A DNA stretch of 61,258 nucleotides, the filler included, from Dugesia japonica (taxonomy: Eukaryota): NCBI GenBank assembly GCA_001938525.1. It is 6 parts of 6 records of this genome, joined end to end, with 100 filler letters (N's around TTAATTAATTAA, not from the genome) between each part and the next. Parts side by side here need not be neighbours in the genome. Positions count along the whole stretch, not along the records: positions 43,365 to 52,473 come from MQRL01615286.1; positions 52,574 to 61,258 come from MQRL01579711.1; 4 more parts are not named here. One strand, given 5' to 3'. The position numbers and the translations under genes were made by a program. The notes beneath the pieces are model-generated. The model did no database searches. It saw only the letters and a program-made list of their open reading frames with translations, and had not been told where the DNA came from. Of the stretch, positions 51,501-61,258 are shown piece by piece. The number at the start of each line of letters is the position of its first letter. Within the stretch, counting starts at the first letter, position 1.

Positions 51501-53519
51501 CATTTCGGTAATTTCATTTAATTGATAAATTTTAAATGTAAATAACGGAATATTTTAGAAATTTTTATGATTTAAATGTAAAATTTTATAATTTCAATGT
51601 AAATAAAGGAAATTTATATTATGCATACGTTAATATCACTAGTAAAAACAGTGATATTAAAATCAGTATTTTTACTCTTCGTCTAAATTTGAAAAATAAT
51701 CTAAATCCTGTGTGGTTAAAGATTATCAGATCAAAATAATAACTTGAACATAGTAAAAAAAATTTGTATTGCAATAAATATTCATAAAGTAATATTTTAA
51801 TTGATTACAAAGTGCCACTTTAGCTTACCTATAATCATTATCTTATTTATATTAAACATATTAGGCTATACAGTCCGATATATACAACACTATACATTTT
51901 CGAATTATTTGAACACTTAAAATATAATAACTAACTCAACTGTTGATTTGTCAAAATACATTACATACACACGTTTTTGTATGTATGTACTTGTATCTGC
52001 ATGTATTATTAAAGAAATATTACAATAATTATAAAAATATAGACACGAAATGACAAAATTAAATTTCAAGTTTAAAAATGCATTTTTTTCAAATGAAATA
52101 AAAAAAAGCAGAATTAAGTAATAATCGAATTAAAAATTTAAGAAACAAAGTAGAGATTAAATAGGAATTTCAAAATAATTAAAATCTTTGCAACGATCAA
52201 AAAAGAAAATTAAATATGAACTCGGCAATGTCAACAAAATAATCCAAAGATACACTATTTCTACTTTTAAAATAAACCTTAATTAATAAACGAAATTAAT
52301 CGAAAAAAAATATAAAACTACGTTAATATTCAAATCCACAGAAAACCAACACAGCTCCTGATAAAAAAACAATAACTTATTTAATTTAGTTTTATCGTTA
52401 TGTTGAGATTTAGATATAGGTATATAACATGCAAACATTCAAATATAACAGAAACATGCAGACATTCAACATANNNNNNNNNNNNNNNNNNNNNNNNNNN
52501 NNNNNNNNNNNNNNNNNTTAATTAATTAANNNNNNNNNNNNNNNNNNNNNNNNNNNNNNNNNNNNNNNNNNNNGAGCACTTAATTAAGATGCACAACGAA
52601 AATAAAATAAATAGTTTATTTTATTTAAATAAAATAAATCATAAGAAATAAAAAGATTTATTTTAAATAGAAAATTAAATTTTCCACAAAAACTAAGAAA
52701 ATTAGGACTTCTAGTGCTGTCAAAATTATCAATCTAGAAAATTCTGGTCGAGAAAATTTCGGTGAATTCAAAAATCAAACTTAGAAAATCATGGCATGGA
52801 AGGGAGAAAAGTTATAAGGGTTTGAAGGTTGACCAATAGTTTCTAAGTCCAAAAATAACCGCCAATGAAAAGAAAGCATGTAACCATCTGGCCAATAAAA
52901 GTGTCGAGAATTTATATCNNNNNNNNNNNNNNNNNNNNNNNNNNNNNNNNNNNNNNNNNNNNNNNNNNAGAAAAAACCGGTATAAATACCGATGAAAATT
53001 TCACAAAAGATAACACTTTTAACCAGACAAATATCGAGTTTATCGGAAAAAATTCTATTATCAAAGGTTAATAGATTATTTTTCGTAAATTCATGGTGCA
53101 ACGATTTCCGATTACTAGAACTAATTATTTCTAAGAACCTCTGGAGTCACTTTTGAACGAATAGATGTTATGCTCTTGTGCTTGCTCCAAATCGGTGTCC
53201 AGGTCACGTTAGTGTTGTTATTTTTCCTAATTATTAATTTATGTATAACAAGTTAAGATTTGGATAATAGAATATATTTTTCACTTGTTAAATTTTTGTT
53301 TTCTTGATAACTTTAAAACTTAAGGTATTGATTTTAATATTAAAGTAGTAATTAAAGGAACTCAGCTAAATATGCGTAAAAAATTTTTTTTTATATTTAG
53401 GATTCAACTGGCTGATAATAAAAATTCGTTAATAAAATCCGTTATAAACTAAAGTCGAATAAAATAATGATTAATAAGTAGGATTTAAATCAAGCGATTG
53501 GTCATGGCAGTTTGGTTTT

Positions 53520-54790
53520 TTGGTCTTGAAGGAAATCAGATAGTTTCCTTCATTGACGCTATCAATCATTATTATGCAGACTCCTAGCTCGTTACGCTTG
53601 AATCTGACTTTCAGTTAAAGCATTTTGTAGAGATAAAAAATCGCGTCATGAACCTTAGACCACCAGTATTTGAGTTTTGAATTTGTGGTATCAGTGGAAA
53701 GCTAGTCCAGAGCTTCATCAATTGAGAAAAACTTGAAGTACTTTAGGTGTTTTGTGGCTGCATGAATCAAATCGTGGCTAGCTACATCCCGTAAAATCTT
53801 ATCTGAACATACAAGCATTTTAAATGGCTGGACCAGAGATTGTACCGAGTATTCTCTCCTTGCAGATTTTAAGCCGACCCCCTTATTTTCGGGAAACTTA
53901 AAGATAGCCAGAGAGTGCCCAAAAGGGAACAGAGAGGATTTCCTAATATTTGTGCAGATATGCTTATCGATACACCGGAACCATTAAGTTACAACATTTT
54001 CGAAGTGACCGCTGCAATCGAATTTACTCAACGGAATGTTGAAATTCTTGAACGCGAACTTTGTAAGGTCCCTGATAGATTTTTCAAACTTTGCCGTGGG
54101 AGTTTAGAAATTATTGCAACTAAAATCAACCTCTAGGTACTTATAGGAATCTCGATGAAGAAGATTAGGGACTGGTTCTCCTATGATTGTAATTTGAACA
54201 AGTTCACTGTTGACAAGGCAAGTTAAATACACGAACTTTACTCGTTCGAAAATCCAGAGAGAACCAGTCAGCGAATTTCACAGCTACATCAAGCATGTCT
54301 AGTAGGCTTTCTTTCGATTAGCCTACAAGTGCGATGTCGTCCGCATATGCTAAGCTAAAAATAGGATGGCCTTCACAAGAGACACCAGGCCCCGGAGTTT
54401 TGGTTAACTCGCTTTTGATAGGGTTGACTTTAATGTTGAAAAACAGCATCGATAAGGGACAGCTTGTCGGACGCCTATTTTGTTTGCAATAGGACTAATG
54501 GAAATTCCATTGCAAGTATAGTAACTGGAGCATTCGGAGTACAGTGCTCTAATTAGTTTGATGGATTTTTCATTGACACCCAGTGAGCAGGCCAAGAATG
54601 TGTTCTATGGTAATGCTTCCGAAAGATTCCGCAATGTCAAGGAAGTCGATATGCACGTTAAATTTAGTTTATTGGCTCTGGTTGTCCAGTAGACATCGCA
54701 GCAGAAAATTGTATTCTGATCAACCCTCCGACTCACCAGCACTTTTCTGGATGTTGTATAGCAGTTTGATTTCATCAACAAACTTGACAA
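53520..54790 (-). mobile_element. Second NeSL/Utopia-like RT fragment, same family as 14950-17860
   Basis: FLDIAESFGSI, LIRALYSECSSYYTCNG..IANKIGVRQ and LAYADDIALVG are collinear with the first copy. Confidence 0.87.
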
Positions 54791-55019
54791 CTGAGATACT
54801 GAAACAACAAACTACACCGTTTCAACTCCTGCATGACATAATAATTTGTGTATTTCTTCTGTTGTTTCATGTAGGTTGTCATCCGGAATTTTCATTTTCT
54901 TGATCAAATCTGTTTCCTCAGAAATGTTTAAATGATCTTCTTTTCATTTTCAATTATGTTCAGTTCTCGTTTTAATCTTCTCTTTCATGGCATCTTCATG
55001 TGACATTCGACACTGCACA

Positions 55020-57200
55020 TGTCAGGATAAGTAAATGAATATTTTAAGTTTCATTTGAATAAATAAAGAAGTGGTTTGATAATTCAGAGGGCTTGGCAGA
55101 AGATCAAAAAATCAAAGAGAAGCAGATAATTATTAAAAGCCGGAATTTATTAACTTTTGGTGAAATAAATATTTTATATGATGACGTACTCTTTTCTAAA
55201 TGAGCACGTATGCTTTGTTTCTAATATTGTGGCAGTGGTTAATACAGATAGTATTGCGGACTGTCCTATTTGTGATATCTACAGAAGACACGATGACGTG
55301 GAAAATTTTATATTCAAGTGTGAAATGTATTTTGGCGTCAAAGGAATTAACAATAAAAAGATCAGGAGCGGTTGGTAACGTGTCTGATAGAAGAGGAACT
55401 AGTTGGTAAGTATGTTGAAACATTTAAAAAAAACAGAGGATTCCAGGATCGACTTCGCGTAGCATTTGAAAATGAAAGAAGCTTGATACGGGATTTCAAA
55501 GAATTATTAGATTTCAAACGAAATCATGAAGATGTGGAAACTTATATTGCCAAAGTAGAAGAACTGTTAAATAACTTATTTTCAAATAAAAATTTTACAC
55601 AGGAAAACACTGTGCAGGCGATAGAATGTGCAGTAATGGAGAATCCAAGAAGTATTTTTGTAATGTAGAAGCTAATTTCTGGAAACAAGTTAAAACAGAT
55701 GAACGATGGAGGAAAGCGGGCAGTACGATAAATTGGAAAGGAGATGATCGGTTGAGGGACGTTTGTAGACAGAGAGGTGGAGTATTTATCGCAGACAAAT
55801 GGGATGTGGGTCGAACAGATATTGTTAAACACAAGATTATTACAAAAGGAGATCCAATTAAAACGAAACCCTATAGACAACCGATAAATTTGGAGAGCAA
55901 AATTAACGAAACAATTAAAAACCTGTTTGAAAAGGAAATAATAAGGCGATTCAATTTTCAATTTAATTCACCATTAATATGCGTATGGAACAAAGATAAA
56001 CAGGACATGCGTTTATGTTTAGATTTCAGGAAGCTGAACGCTATTACAGAGAGACAAGCGTTCTTAATGCTTAATATCGAAGAGATGCTACATATGTTGA
56101 ATGGGATGACTTACTTCAGCACGATAGACCTTGGTAATGCTTATTACCAAATAGAATTAGACAGCGAATCGCAAGAAAAGACAGAATTCCCGACTAATAA
56201 GGGCCAGTACTGTTTCAACTGAATGCCGTTTGGCATAGCAGCAGCACCAGGTACGTATCAGGAGCTGATGGTAAAGGTGACGAAAGACATCAAGGGATCT
56301 ATTGTATATTTAAATGATATATTAATTTTTCCTAAGACATGAGAGGAACATTATGGAATTGTAAAAAGAGTGTTGGACAGCATTAGTGAAGCAGATCTCT
56401 GTATTAACCCAGAAGAAGGCATTTTCCTTCAGAAAGAAATTAAATTCCTTGGACACATCAGTTTAAAAGCAATTCGTACAAATTCGGTGTTTTCGCTGAG
56501 GGATGAAGACGGAAACGAAAGAGTGATAGCGTGTGGGTGTCACGTGATGTCTACCCACGAACAAGGATACTGCATAACTCGTAAGGAACTCCTGGCAGTA
56601 TATTACTTTTGTTTAAACTTTAAACATTATTTATATGGTTACAAAGCGATCACGTTTATGTTGCATATAAAAAAGCAATCACAACGCAGTTCCAAACCTG
56701 GATTAATTTCCTTAGTTGTTTGGACATGAAATTGGAATTCAGGATAGGTGAGAATCACGGCAATGCAGATGCATTAAGTTAATATAACTGTGATAAATGC
56801 ACAGTGCCAATTGATACATGAGGAGGCAAAATGGGAAAATTGAAGACCAGGAGACTGGGAGACACTGAGGGAATAAACGAGTTGGATATTGACATGAATC
56901 GAAATAGAATGTCGAAGAAAATTTGGCTATCAGAGGAGACAATTGAGCAGAAGATTTTGGAGATTCATAAATCATTATGTCATGCATTTATAGAAAAATC
57001 GGAGGAATATGTCTGCTCATGATACGAATGGAAACAGTTAAGATCAAGAATAAGAGAGATTATAAGAAGCTGTATTTTCTGCCAAAAAGCCAAANNNNNN
57101 NNNNNNNNNNNNNNNNNNNNNNNNNNNNNNNNNNACAGTTACGCTCCGTTCGAAGTGGCCCATTTAAGGAGACGAAAAATAGGAAAAAATGCATCCTTTA
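55020..57200 (+). mobile_element. Ty3/Gypsy relic related to the 19-23.8 kb element, with protease and part of RT/RH deleted
   Basis: gag start VSNIVAVVNTDSI is homologous to the 19505 ORF; RT LCLDFRKLNAIT..FSTIDLGNAYYQI; RH ITRKELLAVYYF. Confidence 0.88.
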
Positions 57201-57650
57201 CATGGGTTTATGCAATAATTTCCCCCTAGAAATAATATCCCCTTAGAAATAATTTCCCCTGGAAATAATTTTAATTGTTTTATACATGGTTTTCATGAAA
57301 TTAATGGGAATTATGCGGATTTTGTGATTATTAATGGATATATGTGATTTTTGACAATTTTTAGTTGTTTAATAGGGATTTATATAATTTATTGGTATTT
57401 TTCGGTAATGTTAAGAAAATTGTGAGGTCTTTCGTGAATTTTAAGAGTATTGTGGATCTTCATGAAATTTAAGGATTCATAGAGATTTCATGAAAATTTA
57501 AGGGGTTTATGGGGTTTCATAAAATGTAAAGATTCATGGATATTTCATGAATTTTATGAATTTCAGGGTATTTATTTTGGTTTATAAGAGATTTATAAGG
57601 GTTTTATAATGGTATTTTATATTATATTATAATAAAGTAATCCAGCAGAG

Positions 57651-58414
57651 TTAGTATTTAGGAGACAGTTGTACGGTGTGATCCATAAGCAAAAACTCGT
57701 TCTCTTCCTTCTTATCTCCATGTGACAGTACTGCTCCAATTATATTAAAACTGGCATCCATATCTAATATAAATTCTCTGTTTATGTCCGGAAAACACAA
57801 TATTGGTGCAGTCATAAGAGATTTTTTCGGACCCTCAAAAGTATCTTTTATTTCATCTGTCCATTCTAATTTCTTGTTGCTTGGTCCGCTACACAACTGC
57901 TCTAATATGTTTGATTTTCTTCCGTAGTTTTTTATAAACTTCCTGTAATAATTACAAATTACTAAAAATCTTCACAGCTGCTTCACACAGTTAGCTTTGC
58001 CAAATGTTCTTATTGCTTCTATTTTAGACGAATCAGTTCTAACACCATCCCTGCTAATTATGTGTCCAAGAAACTTGATTTCGTTTTGAAGAAACTGAAA
58101 ATTTTCCGGATTATTTATTAAACCAGCCTTCATTATTTCCGTCAGTACTTTTTCAAATACCTCTTAGTGTTGATCTTTATTGTTCATAAATATCAAGATG
58201 TCATCAAGATAAAACATGGCTTCATTGATTCCGCCTACCATTTTGTCATCATCTTCTGAAATATCCCTGGTGCCACTGCGATGCCAAATGGCATACTATT
58301 AAAACAATATTGTTCGTGCTCCGTTGAAAACACCGCTTTTTCTTGAGATTCTTCTTCAAGCTCTACATGATAGTATGTATTTCCCAAATCTATTGAACTA
58401 AAATATTTTACTCC
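57651..58414 (-). mobile_element. Ty3/Gypsy RT-RNase H fragment
   Basis: Minus strand GVKYFSSIDLGN, FYLDDILIF, KFLGHII, APILCFPDINREFILDMDAS. Confidence 0.88.
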
Positions 58415-61158
58415 TAGGGGGATTAGTAGCGCATAAGCACAAGCTAAAACACAAACTTTTTAAGCAAATATCGTGCCCCCCTACCCCATTCCCTTGCGAG
58501 TGCTCAGAAACACATTACGATTGTGCTATGGTTTTTGTGCTATGATATTTTAGTTAGTTTTTTTCAAAGATTCTTTAGGATCAAAAATCTTTTGATCGCA
58601 TCCAATTTTTTTTTGATCCTGGGGATGTGTGTGTGAATTTAAAATTTTTTAAATTTATGTGTTTGGGTTGCTAAGAGGATTTTTAAAAATTAGGTCAAGT
58701 TGAGCTTGTTTGTGTGTAAGAATGAATTTAGGCTCGAGGAGGAGCTGGAGATCTTGGAAATAATTTTTTTGTAGTTTTAAAGATTTGGTTGTGGTTGGAC
58801 AAAACATCGGTCTATTTATTGTTTAAAGGACATGTGAGGTTGGATGGATGGTTTGTCCTAGAAGTGTGGTGGCACACTGCCTAAGGCGTATGAGTTATCG
58901 TGAGGTGTTTTTTGGGAGGGTGTAGGTTTGTATAAGATTATTGGATTTGGATGGTTGGTAGGTTGTTGTAAAGGTAATGTGATGGAGAATATTTTGTATG
59001 TCGAATGTACTTTGATTTTTTATTTTAAGGCCTTTAATTTGATTGGTTGATATTTGTAAGTAGTATAAGTGTGTTAAAAAAAATTTCAAGAGAAGGAGAG
59101 TGGTATAGGGGGTTATGACGTCATAATATTTTGAAATCTTTATTTGGAGTAAAAATGCTGTATTTTGCTTAAAATGATGAATTATTAGAAAGTAATGGTA
59201 TTTTTGAGTATTTTTGAGTGGGAAGGGTTGTTTTTAATATTTGTCGATGTATGAAGAGGGGAGTCTTGATATTTTTGAAAGCTTTTTTGGTGGGAAATTA
59301 AAAAATTTATTTTTGCATGGGAAATTAAATTTTTTCTTTGAGCAGTCTTGATATTTATGCATGGTATGGACAGTCTTGATATTATTGCATGGTATGGGCA
59401 GTCTTGATATTTTGTAAGATATTTTTAAAAGATATTGAACAGTCACGTTATTTAGCATGGAATGACACAGACTTGATATTTTGCAAGGGATGGGGCAGTC
59501 AAAATTCATAGGAATGTGATTTTCAGTTAATGCGTGCTGCATCTGAGTTTCATACATATTGCATTTATATTAAAAATACAAAAACGCGGCTATGTTGAGT
59601 TTTAAAAAATTGTTTTAGTGGGAAATTTAAAAAATCAATAAAAATTACCAGGCACGTGATTTTCATTGTATATGTGTTGCATATGAGTTGCATTTGAGTT
59701 GCATCCCTATTGCATTTATTAAAATTCCCAGGCACGTGTTGCTGTATTGCATTCATATTGCATTCATATTGCATTCATTATTAAAACATTGAGGTAGTCT
59801 TCAAATTTTTTGATATTTTTGCAAAATATGGGGTAGTCTAAAATTAACATGATAAAATATTCAAAGAGGAGAGTCTTAGTGATATTTACACGATAAAAAC
59901 CTTTCTTTATAAGATGATAAAAACATAGAACTTTTTTCTTAAAAACATATTAGTTAAGTAATTTTCTTTAAAAACATATTAACGATGCAATTTTAAACAA
60001 AAAATCATATTAGCGTTGCAATTTTAATTAATTAGTCTCATAATGTTGTTGCAATTTTTAATAAAAGTATCATTAGTGTTGCAATTTTTAATAAAAACAT
60101 ATATGTGGTGAGGATATTCTATACAATTATGATAAAATCATAGAACTTTTTCATAAAAACATATTAGCTCGGAATTTGTATATACGAAATATTAAAAACA
60201 GAATTTTTCAATATATTTAAATAGATAATAAGTCTATATTAAAAAGACTCATAAATAAATATTTTGATATCAATAGGGTTAATGAATGTATAAGTTAAAT
60301 GAGTGTATACGTTTTATGAGTATACTATTTGCATAGTTACCCTGTATTATAGGGTTTATGAGTGTATTATTTGTATAGTTACCTTGTTTTATTTACATAG
60401 CAACCATGTATTAAAAGGATTATGAGTGTATTATATACTTAGCAACCGTTTATTATTTACATAGCAACCGTGTAATATAGGGTTTATATTTATTTTATTT
60501 ACATAATTACCCTGTATTATCTTGAGTATATATTTCTCGATAATCAATGTTTTTCGTCAAGGAAACGGAAACAGCATCTAGATTTTTAAATGTTGAACTC
60601 GAGCTTTTATAACTACCGTTATATTGTTCACCACTTTGAAACGTAACCAGAATAAAGCTAGGTAATCGACGATCACCAAAGATTTGTTCCTTAACTATCT
60701 TTACTTATTGAAAATGCAACGACTTCCTTGGTTCTTATTGGATAAACAGCATTTTGCTTTTTTAGGCTCAATTGGCGAGCAACTAGTTCTAAGGGTTAAA
60801 TGCGTACACGTCTAACCCTTAATTTTGCATCTAGTAATACATATTTAGGTTGATTGGCTGCAGATTCCAAACAAATATCAGCATCTTCTCGTTTCAATCG
60901 AATATGAACATTGACATCCGGAATAAGGTATTTCGGTTGATCCATGAAATCGAGTTGCAAAAAATTACATAGAGTTAATTGTTTTGATTTTGCAATAGAA
61001 TTTTTTCTATCTGCTTCTGATCCATATCCCATTGCTGTAAGACATATATTCTTACTATCACCATTATAATTAATTTTAGTTTCCATCATAGCTTTATGAA
61101 TATGAGATCCGTTTCTACTTTCAATTTTGAAATTATTAAACGAAAGTATTACATCCTT
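58415..61158. mobile_element. Deleted Polinton/Maverick-like element: left terminus, repeat-rich terminal region and major capsid gene fragment
   Basis: Terminus TAGGGGGATTAGTAGCGCATAAGCACAA matches 61159; MCP-like coding sequence at 60535-61158 (-). Confidence 0.7.
60535..61158 (-). pseudogene. Polinton/Maverick major capsid protein (double jelly-roll, F54H12.2-like) fragment
   Basis: LQLDFMDQPKYLIPDVNVHIRLKR...LLDAKLRVRRVRI*P...NAVYPIRTKEVVAFSI, then frameshifted LPSFILVTFQ..YNGSY..TFKNLD. This fits the family pattern LxxDxFxQxKxLxxxVxxRxRL..A.L.VR+V+...A.YP..+..+..F.I..LP..I.+.F..FNG as recalled. Confidence 0.75.
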
Positions 61159-61258
61159 AGTAGGGGGATAGTGGCGCACGGTCACAACATGCATGGCACT
61201 GAGCGGACCCCCTCCCCGGGGGGGCTCGAAAACACATTAAGATTGTGACCGTTTTTTT
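61159..61258. mobile_element. Left terminus of a younger Polinton/Maverick-like element (runs out of window)
   Basis: Starts AGTAG (Polinton-type terminus). AGTAGGGGGATAGTGGCGCACGGTCACAA...AAACACATTAAGATTGTG parallels 58415-58530. Interrupts the MCP reading frame. Confidence 0.7.

Noticed and set aside
9030-59760. Idea that the inverted homologous regions at 9-10 kb and 58.4-59.8 kb are TIRs of one giant element carrying alpha-spectrin
   Set aside because: The termini belong to elements extending away from the interval (left of 10021 and right of 58415). They are also too diverged and are separated by five contig joins.
61159-61194. ATG and first 12 codons of ORF 60796-61194
   Set aside because: They derive from the inserted terminus, not the capsid gene.

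Overview
Strongly AT-rich, gappy eukaryotic (invertebrate) genomic DNA. The 40-48 bp introns and the transposon mix suggest a flatworm such as a planarian, but that is inference only. There is one clear host gene, alpha-spectrin (+, 24526-32093). It has nine constitutive exons, a candidate 66-nt cassette exon, and no 3' end (EF-hand region) in the window. The rest is mostly decayed mobile DNA: a Penelope-like element with an inverted pseudo-LTR and a minimal hammerhead ribozyme, five Ty3/Gypsy relics, two NeSL/Utopia-like restriction-like-endonuclease LINEs, Tc1/mariner, rosa-like, hAT and piggyBac remnants, and a TSD-flanked Buster-type MITE. There are also three termini of a Polinton/Maverick-like family, one nested inside the major-capsid gene of another. 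An unexplained GC-rich double-hairpin island lies at about 40.4-40.6 kb. Five 100-nt spacers (44N-TTAATTAATTAA-44N) mark artificial contig joins, so adjacency across them is not trustworthy. All coordinates and alignments were done by eye.
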